In this document: piece by piece, positions 16,411 to 31,450 of the stretch
Layout: every line of letters begins with the position of its first letter
Position numbering within the stretch: the first letter of the stretch is position 1
Source of the DNA: the human T2T-CHM13v2.0 reference genome, Homo sapiens
Strand: one strand, 5' to 3'
Assembly: GCF_009914755.1 (NCBI RefSeq)
Contig: NC_060928.1
Length of the DNA stretch: 64,000 nt
Notes under the pieces: generated by a model
What the model was told of the DNA's origin: nothing
Seen by the model: the letters and a program-made list of their open reading frames with translations, nothing else
The model's database searches: none
Position numbers and translations under genes: made by a program

Positions 16411-17432
16411 CACAGGTATCCTCTGGGACACACTATCTTTAATGTCTTTAAACAACTGCAATTTTAGCAGCAAGTATGTGAAACCAACTAAATGTTCTTT
16501 TAATGACCATCTTTAATTATTTGATTAGAGGAGTTATAATTTAAAGATGATGAATATGGGTGAAAGCTCAAATGTGTTTACTAAAAAAGTTAGTAAGTAT
16601 AGTTTGGAAAGAAGATGACACTGAGTAGTGACTCTGGGAATTGTGCCAGAAAAATTTATAACAGTTGTATAGTACTTTGTATTCCACTTGATGTATTAGA
16701 TGGGATTGCTGCCATACACTGAGAAGAAAAATATACCTTGTGGATATTTTGGTAGCTAAGATGATAGAATGAACTTGTTCAAGGAAATGTGGGCGTAGAA
16801 GAGGAAGCTTAGGGTTGGAGTTCATCAGAATAGCAATTACCCAAGCAGGTCAATTTTTTAGGAAAATATATTTTGATAATTGAAGTCCAGGAGGAGATCA
16901 CCTGGCTCATCCACAATGACCTTCAAAATGTAAATACCCAAGTGATTTATGTCATTTTTAAACTCTGTGTCTCCAGTTAATGGCTATTCTTTGGATTATT
17001 TGGGAGAAAAACAGCTGGTTCTTATAATTATTATTAGGGGATTTGGATCAATAGAAAGAAGACACTCTGTTCTTTTAAACATTTCTTATGCAACATCATA
17101 TACAACCCACTGCCTGCCCTCACCCCTCCCCTGGCCCTCTGGCTATCATATTGCTCTCTGACTTTTAATCACAGACTCTGTCTGTATAACTCTACAAAAG
17201 TCCAGCCAAAGAGCCAAATATTTAGCCAGTCCTCCGGATATTCTGTTCTCAGCATTTCAAATATCATTTTGTTGAAAAACATCTGGGTCCTTGGCCATGA
17301 CAAAAACAGTTGTATCTTTCTTCATCAAGGATACTTGGCCTTATATAGCCAGAGAAATAAATTAACAGGACCAAAAGATGCCTAAAAGTATCATCTGAGG
17401 AATCTCTTGTTTCTAAACAGTTAACATCGAAA

Positions 17433-17630
17433 TCAGGGTTTCTTAATAGCAACAGCGGCATGGTTGACATTTTGGACTGGATGATTCCTGGTCATGGGGG
17501 GCTGTTCTGCACATGGATGGACATTTTGCAGCCTCCCTGCAAAATAGATGCCAGAGGGACATTTGCCTCCTAGTCGTGACGATGAAAGTGGTCTCCAGAC
17601 ATTGCCGGGGATAACAGTTGAGAACCACTA
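17433..17630. mobile_element. MER20-like hAT-Charlie element
   Basis: cagggtttcttaa...ttgacattttggactggatgattc...tagatgccag...tctccagacattgcc...gttgagaaccact. Confidence 0.75.
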
Positions 17631-17792
17631 ACCTAAAGTATCCAATTTCGATAGTCTTATCCAGTGCCAGCTAGCCTAGAAGGTACCTATAGAAGCTGAA
17701 TTTAGTTTAGAGAGAGTAACAGAGTGCCAAGAATGGACATGGGATAGGACAGCGGAGAGCGGAAGCATAAAGCCGTAGAAATAACCAGAGCC

Positions 17793-18082
<290 letters not shown>

Positions 18083-18094
18083 TAACCATTTATT

Positions 18095-18340
18095 TCATTT
18101 GTTCATTCTACACCCATTCATTCATTCATTTGTTCTTTTGACAGATACATATTGAAGGCATACCTAATAGAAGAAACTGTTCTGAAGTCTGGGTATTCAA
18201 CAAGAAAGAAAACACAAATTTTATGTTCTCATGGAGCTTATATTCAAATGGAGTGTGGGGGACTTGAATAAGAAGGCATCTAAAGTACCTAGTGTTCGCA
18301 GATGCTAAGATGAGAAGTAGTGCGAGAAAAAGAGAAAGGC
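18095..18340. mobile_element. L2 3' fragment
   Basis: ttcattcattcatt...attgaaggcatacc...gttctcatggagcttatattc. Confidence 0.55.
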
Positions 18341-19254
18341 TCATGAGGGAGGGTATTCCTCAGGGTCTGGTTAGGAAAACACCCAGCAATTTTAGGAGTA
18401 GAATGTTACAGAGGGAATGGGTTAACAAGGTATAGGAGGAACACAAAGGCTGCAAAAGTGAAAAGAGAATGCAGAGATAATACAGAGATAGTAGCTTCAG
18501 AAAGTTGCTGCCACTCCCTCCTAGGGCTGGGGGTACAAAGGCAACAGGATCAAGTTGTTAGAGCCTAGAAACTTAGTAAAGATTCTGGTGGCACTGGGAT
18601 ACAGACCACTGAGGAGGTGGAGATGGCCCTGCCTGCCATTGTTTGCGGCTATGGAACTGAAGTTAAAAGTCCTGGAGCAGCTGGGTGGCTGACCAACTGG
18701 GGATGGTATCTCTGAGGAACACGCTAAGACTGCTGCAGAAAGTTTGGAACACATCTGTTTACCGTAACCACCTGCTGAGCTGGCCTGACACCAGCAGGAC
18801 CAGCAAGCCAACAAAAAGGAAGAAAATGTTCTCAGAAGCTCACCTACCTCCCAGTCTGCTTCCAGCACCCTATTGGCAGAGTTTATTAGGGAGTCAGCAG
18901 CATAGGGGAAATGCTGTCTACAGAGACCCAGGACCAGCATTACAAAGTAGAGTGTGAAAGGGAGGGTTGAGACTGAGAAACAGAGCTTCATAACCAGTGC
19001 TGGGAGGCTACTCTTTTATATAGGAGGCCCTTCAAGCCTACCCCACCCTGATTGGGAGAATGTCTGGGTCATTTTGCTCTGTGCATGAAAGTGCTTCAGG
19101 AGAATCATTCCCCACACCGTGAACTCCTTCATGGTGTGGGGGATATTATTTATCTTATCACAAAATGTGTATTAAGTGAATGAGTGAAATGATACCTTTG
19201 ATATAATGCTTGTAGCATTAGTGACTTTTTCAGCTTGGGTAATTCTGATTGCTA

Positions 19255-19296
19255 GTGTGTGTATGTGTGTGTGTGTGTGTATGTGTGTGTGTGTGT
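19255..19296. repeat. (TG)n microsatellite, interrupted
   Basis: Read directly from the sequence. Confidence 0.95.
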
Positions 19297-21042
19297 ACTT
19301 GTTCGACATTCAATCTGATTTTAATAAATATTAACTAGGTGCCCACTAAGTGCAGAGCTCTGCATCAGATGCTACATGAGACCTAAAAGAATTAAACCTT
19401 GTCCCTAAAGGACTTAGAATATCGATTCCTGTGTGTGCCATCTGGTGCATATCACTATTTTAAAAAGGTTTTTTTTTTAAATTTCTTGAGGTCTTTTGAA
19501 TCCTATTCTTCTCTGTTTTTAAAGATATTAGCGATGCACGTCTCCTCCTACCCCACTTTAGTCCCCAGCTTTATCTCTTTTATGAACAAAATTAAATAGA
19601 TTTCCTCTCAGAAGGAATCCTTTGGTAGAAATTGTATAAAGAGAGAAATTAACTCTTTCAGACTCCCAGGGTGCTATTGCTAAATGTTCTATAAAACTCC
19701 TTCCTCATTACTACCTGGAGAGAGACTTGGCATCCGGAAAATAGCATCCAATATGTATTCACTTATTTTCCTCCTTGTTATGTGATGGGGGAACATGAGT
19801 GCAACACACTGAAGATAAAGAAGGCTAAGGGATGCTTGTTCATAAATAAGAATAAGATAAGGGTATAGGCTGGGGGATTTTAGTCTCCCAACACACTTTG
19901 AAGGTTTGGCTCCTTAGATAGCCCGAGCATGGATTCCTGCCTTCTGCTCCTGCAGAAGGTGAAGGGGGTGGAGGCTGCTGTGACTAGGGCTATGACACTA
20001 ACTTTGGCTGTTAATGGTGGCCTTCCTTAGCCTATCTCCAAGAATACGGATGCTAGTACAAGTCATGTGCTGTTAACCAAGTATTTTGCCCCTTTCCTTC
20101 TGAAGTGGCACTCTATTAAACAGTAATATTTTCTTCCCTTGTTGCTTAAAATAAATGTTTTTAAGGCCTATGAATACTTTGGTCAACATTAGTGGTTTTT
20201 CATACTTCCTTCTCTAGGTTTTTAGGGAGAAATGCCTACACTGTTCTTTGAATTGCTTCGTTATTATTATTCCCCAGATTTTCTCCATGTATTAAAGATC
20301 CTAAGAATTCTAAGCTCAGACTTTTGCCTCTGTAAATATATTTTTTAAATGGCTGCATAATATTACCCATGGACATGATTCCTAGCCATAGCTCTACTTT
20401 GCAGTCAGTCCATCCCCAAAAGACCATCATAGACCACACACTGAATGTTCTACATAGGTTGGGAAAATCTAATGTTAAATATAATACAAAGAGACAACCA
20501 GTGATAAAGTTTAAATCCTGAGTCTCCAAGCACATTTTCTTCGAGGGATTCCTTTTTCTTTAGTTTGAGGTAAAAGACTCCAGCAGAAACAACCTCTCTT
20601 GACATCCACAAGCCCTTCTAGTAGTGCTCCTGGGTGTGGGTGTCATGAAAATGCAGAGGGTCTCTTACATGTGGTCAAAAACGTTTCAAAGCAGCTCAGC
20701 AGATGTATTAGGCTGTAGTCATTCTCCTCTGCTTAGCATTTGGTCAAGATAAGCATTTCCAGTCAATGCTGATTGCATTTAGCCTGACCATGTTTTTGTA
20801 CGTTTCAATGCTGATCCTATTTTCTCCTTTTAATCGTACAAATATATAACAATAAAGAAAATAATTTTGCTAGCAGTTGAATTACAAAATGTGTTCAACA
20901 CTCCATTAATAAAATCTCTATCTTGTTCAACATCTCCAGTAAATAGCCTTTATATATTTCCTCTTTTCTATTTGCCAGCTGACAATAGAAAACATTAGCT
21001 GAGAGTTGAATGCGGGAAAGCAAAATAAGAGATAGTTATCCA

Positions 21043-21056
21043 CTGCCATCTAGTGG
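21043..21056 (-). promoter_or_regulatory. Candidate CTCF site
   Basis: Minus strand CCACTAGATGGCAG fits the core consensus CCASYAGRKGGCRS at all positions, in non-repeat DNA. Confidence 0.55.
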
Positions 21057-21649
21057 CTAAAAACTTAAAATTCAACCAAAGTTTTTGGATCTTTTTCTTC
21101 TAAAATAGTGGAAAAATAAATATTGGAGCATATTTGCACATTTTAAAGGTCTTAATTCTTTTAAATTTTTGAATAAGAATCTGAACAGATAATAAACACA
21201 TTAAAATTAAGTTTATTTTAACTCCATTACTCACATCTCAACAATAAGACAGGTAAGGTAGTTCATGTGGAGCAAAAAATGAAAGCAAGAATTGACAAGT
21301 ATTGGGTTATCTTCCCAGGGAAGACAGCTAATGAGGAAGGTTTTACCCTAGCTTAGACCTTAATCAGAAAATTATAGATATCACTGAAGGAGCCAACTCG
21401 TTAATTTACCTTCATTGTGCTGTTTGGAGCTATCTTATTCCCAGCACTAATCTCTTTCTTTAAACCAACGTGGGGGCCAAAGACCAAAGTCAGCCAATGC
21501 CTCTTAGCAGAAAACAAGTATTTTAGAGATTCTAGCATTGAAAGTTAGAGTTTGGGAACACAGATTAACCTTTTTACAGAGTTTTGATATTGCTATTCAA
21601 GGCTGCCCTACTGGACAACTAGAATTTACCCCAAATACGGAGAAATCAA

Positions 21650-22070
21650 GTGTACTATTCTCTAGAGAAACAGAACCAATTGTGTGTGTGTGTGTGGGTG
21701 TGTGTGTGTGTATGTGTGTGTGTGTATGAGAGAGATATTTAAGAAATTGGCTCGTGTTTATGGAGGGTGCCATGTCCAAAATTTGCAGAGCAGAGCCTCA
21801 GAGCCAATGCTGCAGTTCAAGTCTGAACGCTGTCAGCAGCAGATTTCTCTCTTGCTTCAGGGAAGGTCATTCGTTTGTTCTATTCAGCCTTCAACTGACT
21901 GGGTGAAGATTACCCACCTTATGGAGGGCAATCTGCTTTACTCAAAGTCTACTGATGTAAATGTAAGTCCCACACCAAAGCAGCCTCACAAAAACATCCA
22001 GAATAATGATTAACCAAGTATCTAGGCACCATGGCCCAGCCAAGTTGACACATAAAATTAACCATCACAC
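21650..22070 (-). mobile_element. ERVL LTR (MLT2C/D-like) with (TG)n at 21681-21725
   Basis: ttctctagagaaacagaaccaat...gagggcaatctgctttactcaaagtc...caagttgacacataaaattaaccatcaca. Confidence 0.85.
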
Positions 22071-22189
22071 CAGGTGAAATGTACAAAGTGTGAAATGAAA
22101 GATTTGGGAGAATTTTTGAAAAGTTTCAAAATGTGCTTTATCATTCACCTGAATAAAATGATTGCTTTATGTCAGAGGTTCTAAACAGC

Positions 22190-23420
22190 ACCTCTCTTTA
22201 CCACTGACACTTCAAACACCATCAGAAGTACTTGATCATATGACCCAAGTGGTACAGCAGCTTGGACAGCAGTCTGGAGCTGTTGTAGAGCCTTCTCTTG
22301 CTCTGGGCCCCACTCAAAACTAGTAGCTTTTAGGGTCTCTCGGTAAATGGGCTATGATAACGCACACCCAAGTGTCAAGTATGTTTTCTCCAACATCCAA
22401 AGAGGCCTACTAGGTGTTGTATCTCTTTTTTTGGTTGTAAGAGAGGACAGATGCAATGTGTCTTCACCTATCTCAACATGCCCTACACCACTGGATCCCT
22501 AGAAATTTGACTGCGGTGGAGGTACTTCAATTCTGGTCAGATTTATTTTCCACATTCTGACATGTAAATGTCTTCTCAATAAATATAGAGTAGTTGTTAC
22601 TTCTTGCTCATTAGGTCCAATCATCATAATATCATCAGTGCAAATAACCAGTGTAACTCGTTATGGAAGGAAAAGATTATCTGACTCTCCATCAATTAAA
22701 TTATGATGTATGGCAGGAGAGCTGATACACCCCTGAAGTGGGACAGTAAAGGTGTGTTGCTGGCTTTGTCAGATGAAAGCAAACTGCTTCACCTAGTCTT
22801 CACAAATGGGTATTGAGCATAAAAGCATTTGCCAGATCAATAGTTGCATACCAGGTACCAGGGAATGTGTTAATTTTCCCAAGCAATGAAACCACACCTG
22901 GTACAGTAGCTGCGACTGAAGTCACCACCTAGTTTAGCTTTATGAAAATCCACTGTGCTTCTCCCAGTTTTATCAATTTTCTACACTGGTCAAATAGGTG
23001 AGTTGAGTGGAAATGGGATGGCAGTTACCACTTCCATATAATTTAAGTGCTTGTTGTTGGCATTTATCACTGATACCCTTCTAGGCATGTGATGCTGCTT
23101 TTGACCTATTATTTTCCTAGGTAAAGATTGTTCTAGTGGTTTTCCCTTGGCCTTTTCTACTACTTTTTTTGCCCTCACTTCACAGGCCAGGGAATGAATG
23201 TGAAAATTCTGCCAGTTTCTGAGAATGTCTATTTAAATTATGCATCCCAGAAATGGGGAAATAATCACAGCATGGGTTCAGGGACTCACTGGAGCCACTG
23301 TGGGATAGATCTGAGCTAAAACTCCATTGATCACCTGACCTTCATAAGCCCCTATACCAACTGGTAGACCACAGTGACATTTTGGTCTCCTGGACCTAGT
23401 GCCAATGTTTGCCAACTCCT
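22190..23420 (-). mobile_element. Degenerate ERVL-class internal (pro/pol) fragment
   Basis: Minus strand at ~22614-22658 translates VTLVICTDDIMMIGP, a decayed (Y)IDDI RT motif. Surrounding sequence resembles ERVL pol. No long ORF. Confidence 0.7.
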
Positions 23421-23544
23421 ATGCTAAAAAAAAAAAAAAATCCAGGGTAGACACATTTGTTCCTTTAAATTATGATTCCTTGTTGCTTAAAGGCTAACAT
23501 AAAATTATACCCATTTATGCCTTCTTTTTTATAAACTGTGTTTG

Positions 23545-23930
23545 ACAGTCATCTATCTTGCCCCATGACTTGCTCTGACCAGTGTGGCATTAGCAAACAT
23601 GGCAAAAGAAGAGCTTGTGAAGGGCTTTAAGACATTGGTGCTCATCCTCTTGGAACATTCCTTCTTGGAAGGAGGCTGGACTACCCTTAGATCACCATGC
23701 TGTAAGGAAACCCAAGCTCATCATGTGAAGCATGGAAGGGCACTAAGACAAGTAGCTTTCAGCTAGATGCAGCCAAGTGAAAATCCCTAGCCAACGCTGT
23801 GTGGAAAGAAACCACATAGCAAGCTCAGCCCAAATTCCTGACCCATGGATCATGAAAAGTAATAAATCGCCATTGCTTTAAGCCACTAAGTTCTAGGGTG
23901 GTTTACTGTATGTAACAAGTAGATGAAACA
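23545..23930 (+). mobile_element. Old MaLR LTR (MLT1G/H-like)
   Basis: tgacttgctctgacc...caccatgctgtaaggaaacccaagct...cagcccaaattcctgacccatggatcatg...tttaagccactaagtt. Confidence 0.7.
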
Positions 23931-24754
23931 CGTTTTCTTTAGAGTTTTCCATATTAGTTTTCTAATCATTAGTTTTTCAACTGCTGTCTTAATTTTTCTT
24001 ATCAATTCATTGTAGATTGTGGGCAAATTGTGGATACTTTCTGGGCTTCATTTGTCTGAACTTTGAAATAAGGGATCTCTGCTATTTGGCCCCTGAGTAT
24101 ATCTTTCAACTCTAAGAGATGACGTATGGAAGGTAAATATTATTTTTAATACACATTGTTTTAGAACATATCAAGTAATTTATTTGGATGATATGTTTTC
24201 TTTATCTTTCCCTTTATAATAACTGGCTTTGAGAAACCATACAATTAACTTTATAAATTTCCAAATAGTTACAGGCTTTCTGTAATTAGGACTTACAATG
24301 GCATACTCAGTTATAAGAGAATTCCTTTTTACCATATGGGATAGGATAAGATAAGAAATACTCAAATGGAAAATATCTCTGATCAACCTCTTGAGTATTT
24401 TAAAACTTAAGCTACATAGTAAAGTGCTTTAAAACCCCACCATAAAAAACTAATTAAAATTCTTCTATCTGAATACAAAACTTCATGTTTGTGTTAAAAA
24501 TTAAAACAATGCAGAAGTATAGAAAGAATAAAATTAATCTTTCCCCTGCTGTCTATTACACTCTTCAGAAGAAAGCGCTGTTTTAAACATTTCTCTAGAC
24601 TCCTAGGTAGCACTAGATAGGTTAGATGCATTCATAGATAGACAAGTGGGGATGGATAGGGGCAGACACATGGATACTTAGGTAAATAGATATGTCTATA
24701 TTTGTATGTTTATATATAAAAATATACATCTATTTTAGTTTAGTTTTAATTTGA

Positions 24755-25137
<383 letters not shown>

Positions 25138-25284
25138 CTTTTTTTCTCTCTTAAAACAGATCGTGGACATCAATGAAACCAATACATTCATCTCTCATTT
25201 ATTCTTTTTAATAGATGTGTAATGCTTAATAATTATCCAATTATTCTCCCTCTGATGGACATGAAAATTATTTCCTTTATTGCC

Positions 25285-25615
25285 TGTCTTAGTGAGCCCT
25301 ACCAAAATAACATTGACTGGGTGGCTTACACACCAGAAATTCACATTCTCACAGTTCTGGAGGCTGGAAGTCTAAGATCAGGGGGCTAGCATGACCAAAT
25401 CTTGGTAAGGGGGTCTCTTCCTGGCTTATAGAAGGCTACCTTCCTATTGTGTCCTCACTTAGCAGAGAGAGAGAGAGAGAGAGAGAGAACGAGAGAGCAC
25501 ACACACACAAACTCTAGTATCTTTTTGTATAAAAGCACTAATCCCATCATGGAAGCCTCACCCTCATAACCTAATCTCAATTATCTCCTAAGATCCCATC
25601 TTCAAATAACAACAC
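25285..25615 (-). mobile_element. MaLR LTR (MLT1A0-like) with (GA)n
   Basis: gactgggtggctta...cacagttctggaggctggaagtctaagatc...cactaatcccatcatg. Confidence 0.8.
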
Positions 25616-27038
25616 ATGAAAAAGTTTCGTTGCACAACAATGAGAAAATATTTAACACTACTGGACTGTATACTTCAAAATGGATCTCATTTGGTAAATT
25701 TTATGTTATGTGTTTGTGTTTTCTTACCATAATTTAAAAAAGAAAAAGTATGCATTTCAAGCTTGCCTTTATAGAAGATTCTCTTCTCTAGAACTGAACC
25801 TATGGATTGAGTTAGGTTCAAACCTATGGATTGAGTTACTGGAAAATAAATGACTGAAATTTAATTAACTTATTTCTTTCACATAACAAGAAGTCAGGAA
25901 GAGAAGTGCAGTTTAGAAGTGGTTTGACAGCGACATGAAGTCCAAGTGCCCCAGGTTCCTCTTGCATCGTCATTAGCATATGGCTTTTGTGTTTTTTGTC
26001 CACATTTACTCGCGCATTCTAAAATGGATAAGGAATGAAGCCACAAGAAAGTATAGCACTTGCATTATAAGAAAAAAAAAGCACTTTTTCATAAATCTGC
26101 AGCATACACTCATTTGTGATAGATCATGTGGCCAGACCTGTGTCACACTAATGACAATGGGAAGTATGTTTTTTATTTTTACTTTTAATATGTATGTATA
26201 TATTTTATTGTGTTTCATAGCTAAGTCACTGCCCTGAACAAATTGGGTTTCTGTTAATAAGGAAGAAAAGGAGAACATATGTAGGCAACTGGCTATATTT
26301 GCATATTGATGAAATGAAAAATGTTTATTTCAAAGACTCAGATGATTATCATAGAATTAGCCTCACATAAACTTCATAATCATCCATTTTTCCTGTTTTT
26401 CCTCTACTCTTTTATTCTACTCCATGCTCTTCCTTATTCTGCAGGATCACTTTCTCCTCCTTAACAGCATGCACTTGGCACAAAGCCCTATTGACAGGAG
26501 CTCACACAAACTGACACTCATTAATGTTCTTACTGGACACAATCTATGTCTCTTGGTTCAAATTAATCAAGTAAAAATCTGACTGGGTTGCTGGGAATGA
26601 ATTGTGTGCCCAATTCTGGCCCAATCAGCTCACCAAATATCCACTTCTGACACCTCTTGCAGTTAGATTGGGGCATGTGACTAGCTCTGGTGAATGTCTG
26701 GGAGGTGTAAGTGATTTTGTGTTTCTCCTTTAATTTACCTTGGTATGCCCAGATGGTTTATGTTGGTTTCTTGACTAGAAAGAATTATATTCTTTAAAAA
26801 CAAACGCAAGTTGTCTTTATAAATTTCTTATTCTAAAAAAAACTATTTAAATTTATCTATCATGTTATTTGATCACTCACTAATTACTCAAATATCAAAA
26901 TCTGAAATAGAATTAAATTTTAGAAAAATTTGATTACTTTAAATTTTTAAAATTAACTGTTTAAAGTTCCATATACTATATTTTTTAATAACACCAACCC
27001 TGTGCATAAACCACATATCAATGAAGATAATATTTTGA

Positions 27039-27363
<325 letters not shown>

Positions 27364-27644
27364 CCCTAAAAATAAACTCTTTAACAAAACATGTATACCT
27401 ACAGAAAAGTCCCCAAATCATGTATGTTCAGCTGTTGTATTTTTACAATGGAGACACATTCTTGTAACCAACATCCAGATTCTCAGAAGCCCCTTAATGC
27501 CCCTTCCTAGGCACTAACTCCACTGAAGATTTGCTCTGATGTTAACCATAAAACTATTTTCCTTAGTGAAATCATTATTTCAACTTCTTCACTTAACACA
27601 GGAAGAGACAAAGCCATCATTAGTCCAATGTCTGTGTTGTCCAT

Positions 27645-28100
27645 GTGTGGTAGGCAGAAAAACAGTCCCTCAAAGGTGTTAGCACCCTAGTCCACAGCTA
27701 TATGTTACTTTGTATGGCAAAAAGGATTTTGCAAATGCAATTAATGCTGAAGTCTTTGAAATGGAAAGTCTACCCTGGATTATCCAGATGGGCCTAATCT
27801 AATCACATGAGTCTTCAGAAGTGAATGAGGAATATGGTGTCCTCTGGAATTTGAGAAAGGCCTTCAGCTTACAGCTAACAAGAAGGGGGAATGGCAGAAT
27901 CACAAGCAGGTGAAAGTGAATTCTGCCAGCAACTTGAACGAGCCTCTTTGAGCTCCTAGATAGAAATGCAGTGCTACCAACACCTTGGTTTTAGCCCTAT
28001 GGACCCAAGTTGGGCCTCCAGAACTGTAAAATAATAAATCTGCATTGTATTAAGCCATTAAGTATGATAATTTGTTAAAGCAGTCACAGAAAACGAACAC
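27645..28100 (+). mobile_element. MaLR LTR (MLT1D/E-like)
   Basis: tgtggtaggcagaa...ggcaaaaaggattttgcaaatg...ccctggattatccagatgggcctaatctaatcacatgag...ctccagaactgtaaaataataaat. Confidence 0.8.
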
Positions 28101-28934
28101 AACATGGTCCCAGGACATTATTTCAATTTTCTCCACAGAAAGGCCAAAACTGCCTTCTGCTCAACTAGCTTCAAGAAATGATCCCATAGTTAAGACAGCA
28201 ATACTTTTATTGTCTTTCCCAATGAAACTATTAATTAGCTAATCCAACAATCATTTACTGGGTACTTAACTGTGCACTTTGAATATACAGTCTGCTTTGA
28301 AGAAGAAATAGCAAAAATTATTCTGTGTTTTTCCTGGATAATAAAATTCTTATATTCTCACTTGAAAGCCTGTTATATTTTGAACATTTTTTTCATTATC
28401 TTAAATCTATTTTAACAAAAGGCTCACTTTTGCAAAGTTTAGAGTTTTTAATAATTCTTGTTGTTATGTTGATTTTTACATATATTACTCTGAATCAAAC
28501 CTGCAATGCTTTGTTATATTTCATATTCTTATAAATTTTGCTCTTTTAACAATATTTTAAAGATTTTCTTTGACAAGTCCACAAGTCCACACCCCCGGTT
28601 TAGAATAATGAAACTTTTAGTGTGTCTTTTATGTATAAACTATTTGAGGTGTTTTCTCAACATTTCTGGGTGATGGCAAAGATTTGCTCCCTCATGTAAG
28701 TAGGAAGAATGCTAGGAAAAAAAAAAAAAAAGCAGCGGCTCCAGATTTCCAGCTACTCAATACCATAGTGAGAGTTGTTCTTTTTATGACTCCCATAATA
28801 TGAGAATTAATGAAACAAAAAGGGAATCTCAGCACCCCATGGGATTAATTATACACATATAATTTCAGAATGTTCTCAATATAAACATGTTTCAGCAATT
28901 GTATGACTCTCAGATTGCATGGAAGTCTGCTTAA

Positions 28935-29236
28935 GGCTCACACCTGTAATCCCAGCACTTTGGGAGGCCGAGGCCGGTGGATCACGAGGTCAGGAGATCG
29001 AGACCATCCTGGCTAACACAGTGAAACCCCGTCTCTACTAAAGATACAAAAAATTAGTCAGGCATGGTGGCAGGCGCCTGTAGTCCCAGCTGCTCCGGAG
29101 GCAGAAGCAGGAGAATGGCGTGAACCCAGGAGGCGGAGCTTGCAGTGAGCCAAGATTGTTCCACTGCATGACAGCCTGGGTGACAGAGCGAGACTCTGCC
29201 TCAAAAACAAACAAACAACAACAGCAACAAAAAAAC
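28935..29236 (+). mobile_element. AluY-like, slightly 5'-truncated
   Basis: gatcgagaccatcctggctaacac and gagaatggcgtgaaccc. (CAAA)/(CAA) tail. Confidence 0.93.
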
Positions 29237-29390
29237 CAAGATCATATGTTCAAAGTCTGACATACTTGTCAACTAACTGATGTTTTACTCAAAAGAAATT
29301 ATTTCTAGGTTTAATGTAACTTTTCAAGAAAATACAATCATAACATACATTATGTAATGGATTAAAAGGCCCTGAAAATTTTTCAAGACT

Positions 29391-29856
29391 TGTATTAGTT
29401 TGCTAGGACTGCTATAATAAAGTACCACAAACTGGGTGGCTTATACAATAAAAATGTATTGTCTTACAATTCTGGAGACCAGAAGTCTGATATGAAGGAG
29501 TTGGCAGGCTTGGTTCCTTTTGAGGATGAGAAATCTGTTCCATGTCACTCTCTTAGTGTCTGGTGGCTTGTTGGCAATATTTGGTGTTCCTTGGCTTCTG
29601 CTGTATCAACCGATCTCACATGGTGTTAGCTGCACACGGCCTCCCCACTGTGTGCCTAAATGTGTCCACATTTTCCCTTTTTATGAAGACACAAGTTATA
29701 TTGAATAGGGATCCCATCCTACTCCAATATTACCTCATCTTAGCTTAACTAATTACATCAATGATGACCCTATTTCCAACTTAACAATACACTCTGAAGT
29801 ACATGGGGTTAGGACTTCATATCAACTTGGGGGTGGCACAATTCAATCCATAAACA
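29391..29856 (-). mobile_element. MaLR LTR (MLT1B/C-like)
   Basis: tgtattagtttgctaggactgc...aaagtaccacaaactgggtggctta...ggggttaggacttca. Confidence 0.8.
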
Positions 29857-30032
29857 GAATTCATGCTCACAATATGTTCTTACTCTCAGTGCAATCTTTG
29901 ACTTAATCTCTCTCAAATTATTATGTTATGCCTTAATAGATGACATTCCCCTTCATTCTGATATTATGGTTTCTATAATAATTTAACGGTAATCATTCAC
30001 TATCATCACAAATTCTCCCTCACACGTTTAAA

Positions 30033-30200
30033 TCAGCACTTCTTAAACTGTAAAGCACATTTCCTCCTCTGGTGAATCTTGGTAGAATGCAAATTTGGAT
30101 TCAGTGGACCTGAGGTGAGACCTGAGATTCTGCCTTTCTTACAAACTCCCAGGTGGTGATCACAATGCTGACCCGAGAAGAAAATTGCGAGTAGCAATGA
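30033..30200. mobile_element. MER5-like DNA transposon
   Basis: cagcacttcttaaact...gattcagtggacctgaggtgagacctgagattctgc...caaactcccaggtg. Confidence 0.7.
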
Positions 30201-30679
30201 TGCAGAGGTCTCCCTGCAAGCTACAGTTCAGAAATTTAAGCCTTCTAGAAAGAGAATCTTCAGAACAACCAAACCATTTTCCTCAGCAAAGGACTGTACC
30301 AGGTACTCTTAACTATCAATTTACAGAGAAGGAAACTTGAACAGGTTTTTCACTATAACTTGACATTACCGTGGAGACTTGTCAAATCAAGGCTTTCATT
30401 TTTATTTTATTTTATTTTTTGGCCCTTTGGCAAATGACTTAGTGATAGAAGACTCAGTAGCCTGAGATCAGCAGAACAGAAATTAATTACTTAACATTTA
30501 AGGAACTGATTGAACAATGTTTGATGTTTTGCTTTTTAATGGACATAGGAGAAATGCCATGTCTTTCTTATCTACCTCTAACTGTCAATTTAATTGGTTA
30601 TACTGAGCTAAGTGGAATAAAATACTCATTAAACAGTATCTTATTCTGACTTAACACCTCAGAATTTTTAAAAAATCTA

Positions 30680-31450
<771 letters not shown>

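Noticed and set aside
18350-19000. 156-aa and 90-aa ORFs
   Set aside because: The region looks like a decayed LTR whose family I cannot name, and I recognise no protein similarity.
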